A DNA stretch of 33,377 nucleotides, from contig JBDRLK010000353.1 of the NCBI GenBank assembly GCA_043813155.1, forward strand, positions 1 through 33,377, given 5' to 3'. The notes beneath the pieces are model-generated. The model had not been told where the DNA came from. It worked only from the letters and a program-made list of their open reading frames with translations, and searched no databases. A program made the translations under genes and the position numbers. This stretch comes from Pseudomonadota bacterium. Its GTDB lineage: Bacteria; Myxococcota_A; Polyangia; DRWM01. Each line of letters opens with the position of its first letter. Position 1 is the stretch's first letter. Below, in pieces: positions 7,399-14,364 of the stretch.

Positions 7399-8657
7399 TC
7401 TCATTGCGAATAGACGCTGACAAGTGCAACGGGTGCGTGAAGTGCATGCACGCCTGCCCCACCAGGGCGTTGAGGGTGAGAGATGGAACAGCGGTTATTC
7501 TGGACGATTATTGCATCGACTGCGGCGAGTGCGTCACGGCGTGCGAGAAGAACGCGATCGTTCCCCTCATCGATACGTTCGAGGACTTTTTTCAGAAGTT
7601 CAAGTTCAAGATCGCGCTGCCGTCCCCCGTGCTGTATTCCCAGTTCGGCGGCACTGTTCAGCCCAACGACATTCTCGCGGCCATACGAAGCCTGGGTTTC
7701 GGCTGCGTCGTGGACGAGGCCTACATCTGCGAGATGGTCAGCTCCGTGATCAAGCACTACGCGGACAAGAACAAGTCCGGCTTCCCCTATATTTCGTCGA
7801 TGTGCCCCGTTGTCACGCGGCTGATCCAGATGAGATTTCACGACCTGATCCACGCCATCATCCCGCTCCAGTCCCCGAGGGAGATCACGGCCCAGGAGCT
7901 CAAGCGAAAGTACTCGAAAAAGCTGGGCCTTCCGGAAGAGGACATAGGCGTGCTCTACATAACGCCCTGCTCGGCGAAGATCAACGCGATCAAGGACCCG
8001 CCTGCGAGGAAGAAGTCCACCATCGACGCCGCCATGGCGATCAAGGACATGTACATGCGGATCGCCAACAAGCTGTTCACGATCAGGGACAGTATCACTG
8101 AAGATGACGAGATGTACATGAGGGCGAGCGGGCTCGGCATCAGCTGGGGCATGGTAGGAGGGGAGATAGCCAATTTCGACCACAGCGAGTGCATCGCGGT
8201 TTCCGGCATAAGGGACGTCATCAAGATCCTCGAGGACATAGACAGGGGAAGGTTTTCCAACCTGCGCTACCTGGAATTGAGGGCATGCAGGGAAGGGTGC
8301 CTGGGCGGCAACCTGAACGTGGAGGACCGCTACGTGGCGAGAATGAACCTGATACGGCTGGTGGACATGTTCGGCAGTACTCCCAAGTTCGACAGGGAAA
8401 AGCTGATGCGGACCCACCAGAGCTACTTCTCCTTTGAAAAAGAGCCTTCTCCCATCAGGGAGACCGAGGCTCCCCTCAACCGCAGGAGGGACACGGCCAT
8501 TGAAATGCTCAACAGGGTCATCGAGATCCACGGCAGCCTGAAACAGATCGACTGCGGGGCCTGCGGCTCGCCGGACTGCGCGACATTCGCGGAAGACGTT
8601 GTCCGGGAATACTCCACGCTGGACCAGTGTGTTTTCATCGGGAGGGACAAGAAATGA
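7395..8657 (+). CDS. [FeFe]-hydrogenase-like protein, sensory (HydS-like) type without PAS domain
   Basis: N-terminal 2x[4Fe-4S] ferredoxin motifs CNGCVKCMHACP and CIDCGECVTACE. H-domain motifs SSMCP (for TSCCP), TPCSAK (for MPCxxK) and ELRACREGCLGG (for ExMxCxxGCxxG). C-terminal CGACGSPDC-x16-C. The start was chosen at the ATGA overlap with the upstream stop. ATG 7365 is an alternative. Confidence 0.85.
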   Translation: MISLRIDADKCNGCVKCMHACPTRALRVRDGTAVILDDYCIDCGECVTACEKNAIVPLIDTFEDFFQKFKFKIALPSPVLYSQFGGTVQPNDILAAIRSLGFGCVVDEAYICEMVSSVIKHYADKNKSGFPYISSMCPVVTRLIQMRFHDLIHAIIPLQSPREITAQELKRKYSKKLGLPEEDIGVLYITPCSAKINAIKDPPARKKSTIDAAMAIKDMYMRIANKLFTIRDSITEDDEMYMRASGLGISWGMVGGEIANFDHSECIAVSGIRDVIKILEDIDRGRFSNLRYLELRACREGCLGGNLNVEDRYVARMNLIRLVDMFGSTPKFDREKLMRTHQSYFSFEKEPSPIRETEAPLNRRRDTAIEMLNRVIEIHGSLKQIDCGACGSPDCATFAEDVVREYSTLDQCVFIGRDKK

Positions 8658-9004
8658 AACTTCGTGAAATAATTGAAAAGCTTGATTTCAAGGTGGTCAA
8701 CGAATCCGACAACATGGACGTGAACATCAGGCGCGGGTATGCAAGCGACATGCTCAGCGATGTCATTGCCAACGTCGGGGCCGATGATGTCTGGATCACC
8801 ATCCAGGCCCACCAGAACATCGTGGCCGTGGCCGTGCTCAAGGGAGTCGCGGCGATCATCATAGCGAACAAGAGGAATATCAACCAGGAAACGATCGCAA
8901 AGGCTAAGAGTGAAAACGTGGCCCTCATGCTCAGCGAGTTGCCGGTTTTCGAGATCGCTGGAAGGCTGTACGACATGGGGATCAGGGGGATCACGGAGCA
9001 ATGA
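8654..9004 (+). CDS. DRTGG domain protein (copy 2)
   Basis: 116 aa from ATG 8654 (ATGA overlap with the upstream stop). Paralog of 6456..6842. Confidence 0.75.
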   Translation: MKLREIIEKLDFKVVNESDNMDVNIRRGYASDMLSDVIANVGADDVWITIQAHQNIVAVAVLKGVAAIIIANKRNINQETIAKAKSENVALMLSELPVFEIAGRLYDMGIRGITEQ

Positions 9005-9777
9005 GCGCATTGCGGGAGTTCAGGGCGGACCTGCACGTCCATTCCTGCCTCTCGCCCTGTGCGGACATATTCATGACGCCCGCGAGGATAGCGAAGCGCG
9101 CCCGGGAGGCCGGATTGGACATGGTCGCCATCTGCGACCACAATTCCGCGGAGAACGCTCCCTACGGCGTGAAGGCCTGCGAGAGGTTGGAAGGGCTGAG
9201 CTTCCTGCCCGGCCTGGAAATCACGTCGGTGGAGGAAGTTCACGTCGTGGCGCTTTTCGCAGGCATCGCTGGCGCGCTGAAAATGCAGCGGGTTGTTTAC
9301 GACAAGCTGACGAAGGCGCCCAACGACAGCGACATGTACGGCGACCAGATCATCGTAAACGAGGACGACGAGGTGGAGGGCTTCAACGGCAGGTTGCTGA
9401 TCGGCTCCGTGGACATTGATTTGAAATCCCTGGTGGATCAGATTCACCGGCTGGACGGCATCGCCATTGCCGCGCACATAGACAAGACGTCGTTCGGGGT
9501 CGTGGGCCAGCTCGGGTTTATCCCCGAGGACGTTGACTTCGACGCTGTCGAGCTGTCCAGGTACGTGACGGACCGCAGCGAGGACTGGGAGCGGGAGGCG
9601 CAGAACAATTATTTCATGGGCCGCAGGTTTCCGATCCTGTTTTCCTCGGACGCCCACAGGCTCGAGGAAGTGGGAAAGCGAAGAACGATGTTTTTACTGA
9701 AATCGCCCGGGTTCGAGGAAATCAGGATGGCGCTCAAGGAGGTCGGCGGAAGAAAAGTACAGGCCCGGGAGACCTGA
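9001..9777 (+). CDS. PHP-family phosphoesterase
   Basis: 258 aa. PHP metal-ligand motifs DLHVHS, CDHNS, GLEITS, AAHIDK and SSDAH. ATGA overlap with the upstream gene. Confidence 0.85.
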   Translation: MSALREFRADLHVHSCLSPCADIFMTPARIAKRAREAGLDMVAICDHNSAENAPYGVKACERLEGLSFLPGLEITSVEEVHVVALFAGIAGALKMQRVVYDKLTKAPNDSDMYGDQIIVNEDDEVEGFNGRLLIGSVDIDLKSLVDQIHRLDGIAIAAHIDKTSFGVVGQLGFIPEDVDFDAVELSRYVTDRSEDWEREAQNNYFMGRRFPILFSSDAHRLEEVGKRRTMFLLKSPGFEEIRMALKEVGGRKVQARET

Positions 9778-9791
9778 AGGCTTCCGGCTCA

Positions 9792-9847
9792 GGGGCAGGG
9801 GAGGCTTTAGCCTCCCGGTTCAAGGGTAGGGGAGGCTTTAGCCTCCC
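9792..9847. repeat. two tandem REP-like hairpins
   Basis: GGGGAGGC-TTTA-GCCTCCC at 9798..9816 and again at 9829..9847 (the second preceded by GGGTA). Confidence 0.75.
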
Positions 9848-9864
9848 GTAAACAAAAAAGTCAA

Positions 9865-10416
9865 ATGGAAGATCTGTCGCTGCACATACTCGATATCATG
9901 CAGAATTCCGCGGAGCATGGCGCGGACACAATCGTTCTGCGAATCGAGGAGAACGCGGGCGACGACTTGCTCACGATCTCGATCCTGGACAATGGATCGG
10001 GAATGGACGAGAGCGCGGCGGCCAGGGTGACCGACCCGTTCTACACGTCCAAGGACAAGAGGGTCGGGCTCGGCGTCCCCCTGTTCAAGCAGGCGGCGCT
10101 GGCCGCGGGAGGCAGCTTCTCGATCGACTCGCAGGCCGGGAAGGGAACCGTGATCGAGGCGAGCTTCGACTATTCGAACATAGACCGCCAGCCCCTGGGC
10201 AATGTGGTGGACACGGTGATTTCCATACTCATCGCCTATCCCCATCTGCGGATTGTCTATACCCATGTGAAGGACGGGCAGGAGGCGGCCTTTGATTCCG
10301 AAGATTTCATGGAGCGCGCGGCAACGGCCGAGGGCGGGACCGCGGAGTACGCCGTGCTCTCCCTGATGAAAGGGGAATGGGAAAGCAGGCTCGGCGAAAT
10401 AGGCGCCGGCGAATAA
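9865..10416 (+). CDS. stand-alone GHKL (histidine-kinase-like) ATPase domain protein
   Basis: 183 aa. ILDIMQNSAEHGA (N box), LDNGSGMDE (G1), RVGLGVPLF (G2). No DHp/H-box or sensor domain. This resembles the small ATPase found between nuoE- and nuoF-like genes of bifurcating hydrogenase operons. Confidence 0.75.
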   Translation: MEDLSLHILDIMQNSAEHGADTIVLRIEENAGDDLLTISILDNGSGMDESAAARVTDPFYTSKDKRVGLGVPLFKQAALAAGGSFSIDSQAGKGTVIEASFDYSNIDRQPLGNVVDTVISILIAYPHLRIVYTHVKDGQEAAFDSEDFMERAATAEGGTAEYAVLSLMKGEWESRLGEIGAGE

Positions 10417-10428
10417 TGCCCCGCCGGG

Positions 10429-10480
10429 CAGGGGAGCCTTCAGGCTCCCCTGCTTCGGGAGGCTAAAGCCTCCCCTACCC
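10429..10480. repeat. REP-like hairpin pair
   Basis: CAGGGGAGCC-TTCA-GGCTCCCCTG (10429..10452) and GGGAGG-CTAAAG-CCTCCC (10457..10474, the inverted orientation of the CTTTAG type), followed by CTACCC. Confidence 0.75.
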
Positions 10481-10511
10481 CCAAGGGGCTATAAACCACG
10501 GAGGACCAATA

Positions 10512-10898
10512 ATGGCGAAATTGAAGATTGACGACCTCGACAGGATCAAGAAAAAAATGAAGGGTCAGATCCAGATCAGGGAGGGTGAGCACAGGGTGAA
10601 ATTGACCATCCACATGGGAACCTGCGGCATTGCCGCGGGCGCGCGCCCCCTCATGACGAGGATGCTCAAGGAGCTTTCAGACCGCAACATCACCGATGTT
10701 CGCCTCACGAGCTCGGGGTGCGCGGGGCTGTGCAGCCAGGAGCCCATGGCCACGGTCGAGATCAAGGGAGAGGCGCCGGTGAAGTACATCTCCCTCGACG
10801 AGGATAAAATGGTGGAAATCCTGGAGAAGCATGTTATCGGCGGCCGGATCGTGGAAAAGCACATGCTGGCCATGGGCAGCGAAAAAGTCCACGTGTAA
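10512..10898 (+). CDS. small thioredoxin-like [2Fe-2S] ferredoxin-domain protein
   Basis: 128 aa. HMGTCGIAAGA and SSGCAGLCSQEP motifs typical of the Trx-like ferredoxins encoded in HydABC-type operons. Only three Cys are present (C38, C70, C74). Confidence 0.8.
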   Translation: MAKLKIDDLDRIKKKMKGQIQIREGEHRVKLTIHMGTCGIAAGARPLMTRMLKELSDRNITDVRLTSSGCAGLCSQEPMATVEIKGEAPVKYISLDEDKMVEILEKHVIGGRIVEKHMLAMGSEKVHV

Positions 10899-10915
10899 CT
10901 TATATCTTGAATGGT

Positions 10916-11167
10916 GTGCGGGGCTTTAGCCCCGCCGAAGCGGCCCTGAAGGGCCGCACTGCGGAACGGAATGTTGGTGTGCGGGGCTTTAGCCCCGCCG
11001 AAGCGGCCCAGAAGGGCCGCACTGCGGAACGGAATGTTGTAGTGCGGGGCTTTAGCCCCGCCGAAGCGGCCCAGAAGGGCCGCACTACGGAACGGAATGG
11101 TGTAGTGCGGGGCTTTAGCCCCGCCGAAGCGGCCCTGAAGGGCCGCACTACGGCACCGAATTTAGTG
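10916..11167. repeat. 4 x 63-bp tandem repeat, each unit a double hairpin
   Basis: Units start at 10916, 10979, 11042 and 11105. Each carries GCGGGGC-TTTA-GCCCCGC and GCGGCCC-TGAA-GGGCCGC within GTGCGG...CCGCAC. A few substitutions separate the units. Confidence 0.9.
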
Positions 11168-11197
11168 AAGAGCCAGCATTTCAAGGAGGACCAGAAA

Positions 11198-14100
11198 ATG
11201 CCGGAAGCAAAGTACAGGATAGAATGTCTCGTATGCGCGGGAACCAGCTGCGTCGCCGGGGGCTCGTTCGAGCTGAAAGGGGTGCTCGAAGAGTCGATCA
11301 AAAAATTCGAGCTCCGGGACGAGGTGAGGGTCACCACGACGGGGTGCAACGGGTTCTGCGCCGCGGGCCCGATCATCAGGGTCATGCCCGACGACGTGTT
11401 TTACCAGTTCGTCACCCCCGGGGACGTGGACAAGTTCGTGGAGGAGCATTTCATCAAGGGCAGGGTTTACAAGCCGCTGCTCTACGAGGAGGACGAGACC
11501 AGGCAGAAAGTCCCGATCATGAGCGACATCGGGTTCTTCAAGCACCAGACGCTGATCGTTCTTCGCAACAGGGGGCTGATCGATCCGGAGGTCATCGACG
11601 AATATATCGGCAGGGACGGGTACAGGGCCGTGGCCAAGGCGCTCACGCAGATGACGCCCGAGGACATCAGGGCGGAGATGAAGAAATCCGGCCTCAGGGG
11701 AAGGGGAGGAGCCGGCTTCCCCACGGCGCTGAAGTGGGAGTTCTGCGCCAAGGCGCAGGGCGATATCAAGTACATGCTCTGCAACGCGGACGAGGGAGAC
11801 CCCGGCGCGTTCATGGACCGCAGCGTGCTGGAAAGCGACCCCCACGCCGTTCTCGAGGGAATGACCATCGGCGCAAAGGCCATCGGCTCTTCGGAGGGCT
11901 ACATCTACGTGAGGGCGGAGTACCCGCTCGCGATCAAGAGGCTGCAGATCGCCATCAGGCAGGCGCTGGATTACGGCCTGCTCGGCGACAACATCCTGGA
12001 CACGGGCTTCAACTTCCACCTCGACCTGTACTTCGGCGCCGGCGCTTTTGTCTGCGGCGAGGAGACGGCCCTCATGCGCTCCATCGAGGGCAAGCGGGGA
12101 ACGCCGCGGCCCAGGCCGCCCTTCCCGGCGCACAAGGGGTTGTGGGACAGGCCGTCCGTCCTCAACAACGTGGAAACGCTGGCCAACGTCCCGCAGATCA
12201 TTCAGAACGGCGGTGACTGGTACGCGAGCCTTGGGACCGAGCGAAGCAAGGGCACCAAGGTCTTCGCCCTGTCGGGCGCGGTCCAGAACATCGGCCTGGT
12301 GGAAATCCCCATGGGCGCGTCCATACGCACGCTGGTCTATGACATCGGCGGCGGCGCCAAGGCGGGCAAGCAGGTCAAGGCCATCCAGATGGGCGGGCCG
12401 TCGGGCGGGTGCATTCCCGAGAAAATATTCGACACGCAGATCGACTACGAGGAGATACAGAAGACCGGAGCCATCATGGGCTCGGGCGGCGTGGTGGTCA
12501 TGGACGACACCACCTGCATGGTCGACCTGGCCAGGTTTTTCCTTGACTTCACTTCCGAGGAGTCCTGCGGCAAGTGCGTGCCCTGCAGGATCGGGACCAA
12601 GGTCATGCTCGATGTGCTGGACAAGATCATCGCGGGCAACGGCGAGATGGAAGACCTCGACAAGCTGGAAGACCTTGGCAGGGACATTGCCGCGGCAAGC
12701 CTTTGCGGCCTTGGCCAGACGGCGCCCAATCCCGTCCTTTCCACGCTCAGGTACTACAGGCACGAATACGAGGCCCACGTCAAGGAGCAGTACTGCCCGG
12801 CGGGCAAGTGCAAGCGCCTGTCGCCCACGCCTTGCCAGGCCGCCTGCCCCATCGGGTCGGACATCTCGAGCTACGTGTCGCTCATCGGGCACGGGCGGTA
12901 CAATGACGCGCTGCAGGTCATTCTCGAGGATAACCCGCTGCCCGCGTCCCTGGGCAGGATCTGCGTTCACAAGTGCGAGGAAGGCTGCAGGCGGGCGGAG
13001 GTCGACACGCCCGTCTCCATCTGCGCCCTGAAGAGGGTCGCGGTGGACAAGGTTCCCGGCTACGTGGACGACGTCGAGCCCTGCGCCATAAGGTTCGACG
13101 AGAAAGTCGCCATCGTGGGCGCGGGCCCGGCGGGCGTCGCGGCGGCCTACGACCTGGTCCGCTACGGGTACGGCGTGACGATTTTCGACATGCTGAAGAA
13201 GGGCGGGGGCATGCTCAGGGCCGGGATTCCAGAATACAGGCTTCCGAGAAAGACCCTCGATGCCGAGCTGGGGAGGCTCGTGAAGATGGGCGTAAAATTC
13301 GAGTTCGGTAAAAAACTGGGCAAGGATTTTTCGCTGGGCAGCCTGCGCAAGCAGGGGTTCAAGGCGATCTTCATGGGCATCGGCGCCTACAAGGGAATGA
13401 AACTGCGGCTGGAGGGAGAGGACGAGGCCGGGGGGATTACGGACTGCATCGAGTTTCTCATGGAAAACAATCTCAAGGGCCACAAGAAGGCGGGCGACAA
13501 GGTGCTCGTCATCGGGGGCGGCAACGCGGCCATGGATGCCGCCCGCGTCTCCATACGCGTGGGCAGCGACGTGCGCCTGCTGTACCGCAGGACGCGCAAG
13601 GAGATGCCGGCGAACCCGGCCGAGATCGAGGCCGCCATCGAGGAAGGCGTGAACATGGAGCTGCTGGTGCAGCCCGTGGCGCTGCTCACGTCGAGCGGCA
13701 GGGTAAAGGGCCTCAAGTGCATCCGCAACGAGCTGGGCGAGCCGGACAAGAGCGGCAGGCGCAGGCCCGTGGCCATCGAGGGCAGCGAGTTCGACGTGGA
13801 GGCGGACGCCATCATCACGGCCATCGGGCAGTCTCCCGACCTGAGCTTCATCGGCAGCGGCTCGGGAGAGTTCGAGCTCAGCAGGTGGGGCACGATCAAG
13901 GTCGACCCCGATACCATGCAGACGAGCCAGAAGGACGTGTTCGCGGCCGGTGACGCGGTGACGGGCCCGGCCAGCGCCGTCGAAGCCATGGGAGGGGGAA
14001 GGCAGGCGGCTCACTCCATCCACTGCTTCCTGAGGGGCTTGCCCTTTGGCGTGTACAAGCATGCCAAGCCCATGAAGTTCCCGGAGCGTGTTCCGGTCAG

Positions 14101-14260
14101 GGAGGGAGAGCTCGACGGTCTCGAGAAGCCGAAGATGCCCCACATGTCCGTCGGGAAGAGGTGCAAGTGCTTCGACGAAGTGGAGCTCGGCCTGGATGAG
14201 AAAACCGCGATCATGGAAGCGAAACGGTGTCTTCGGTGCGATCTCCAGGCGGAGGAATAG
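11198..14260 (+). CDS. NuoF/HydB-type flavoprotein (N-terminal Trx-like 2Fe-2S, FMN/NADH site, 4Fe-4S) fused to a GltD-like NAD(P)H-dependent FAD oxidoreductase
   Basis: The start was chosen at an ATG 7 nt after AGGAGGA. Motifs: CLVCAGTSC...GCNGFCAAGP; GRGGAGFPT; CNADEGDPGAFMDR; ESCGKCVPCRIG...SLCGLGQ. Then the GltD part: CPAGKC...CQAACP...ICVHKCEEGC, VAIVGAGPAGVAAAYDL, VLVIGGGNAAMDAAR, LLYRRTRKEMPA. 1020 aa. Confidence 0.9.
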   Translation: MPEAKYRIECLVCAGTSCVAGGSFELKGVLEESIKKFELRDEVRVTTTGCNGFCAAGPIIRVMPDDVFYQFVTPGDVDKFVEEHFIKGRVYKPLLYEEDETRQKVPIMSDIGFFKHQTLIVLRNRGLIDPEVIDEYIGRDGYRAVAKALTQMTPEDIRAEMKKSGLRGRGGAGFPTALKWEFCAKAQGDIKYMLCNADEGDPGAFMDRSVLESDPHAVLEGMTIGAKAIGSSEGYIYVRAEYPLAIKRLQIAIRQALDYGLLGDNILDTGFNFHLDLYFGAGAFVCGEETALMRSIEGKRGTPRPRPPFPAHKGLWDRPSVLNNVETLANVPQIIQNGGDWYASLGTERSKGTKVFALSGAVQNIGLVEIPMGASIRTLVYDIGGGAKAGKQVKAIQMGGPSGGCIPEKIFDTQIDYEEIQKTGAIMGSGGVVVMDDTTCMVDLARFFLDFTSEESCGKCVPCRIGTKVMLDVLDKIIAGNGEMEDLDKLEDLGRDIAAASLCGLGQTAPNPVLSTLRYYRHEYEAHVKEQYCPAGKCKRLSPTPCQAACPIGSDISSYVSLIGHGRYNDALQVILEDNPLPASLGRICVHKCEEGCRRAEVDTPVSICALKRVAVDKVPGYVDDVEPCAIRFDEKVAIVGAGPAGVAAAYDLVRYGYGVTIFDMLKKGGGMLRAGIPEYRLPRKTLDAELGRLVKMGVKFEFGKKLGKDFSLGSLRKQGFKAIFMGIGAYKGMKLRLEGEDEAGGITDCIEFLMENNLKGHKKAGDKVLVIGGGNAAMDAARVSIRVGSDVRLLYRRTRKEMPANPAEIEAAIEEGVNMELLVQPVALLTSSGRVKGLKCIRNELGEPDKSGRRRPVAIEGSEFDVEADAIITAIGQSPDLSFIGSGSGEFELSRWGTIKVDPDTMQTSQKDVFAAGDAVTGPASAVEAMGGGRQAAHSIHCFLRGLPFGVYKHAKPMKFPERVPVREGELDGLEKPKMPHMSVGKRCKCFDEVELGLDEKTAIMEAKRCLRCDLQAEE

Positions 14261-14276
14261 AGGAAGCGTGCGCCTG

Positions 14277-14350
14277 AAAATCGCATGGTGCTGCGGGCCT
14301 TCGGCCCGCCCGACAATCGCATGGTGCTGCGGGCCCTCGGCCCGCCCGAA
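14277..14350. repeat. 2 x 36-bp tandem hairpin repeat
   Basis: AATCGCATGGTGCTGCGGGCC(T/C)TCGGCCCGCCCGA occurs twice (TCGCATGG at 14281 and 14317). Each copy has the hairpin GCGGGCC-(T/C)TC-GGCCCGC. Confidence 0.85.
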
Positions 14351-14364
14351 ACACGAGGTGAGTA

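Noticed and set aside
10916-11167. Possible CRISPR array.
   Set aside because: The units are contiguous 63-bp tandem copies with no unique spacers, and no cas genes are present. The palindromic content is that of REP-like elements.
10907-11197. TTG-initiated 97-aa N-terminal extension of the NuoF-GltD ORF.
   Set aside because: It consists entirely of the 63-bp hairpin repeats. A strong AGGAGGA-N7-ATG start at 11198 gives an N-terminus (MPEAKYRIECLVCAGTSC) typical of HydB/NuoF-type proteins. It is kept as a finding only because the frame is preserved.
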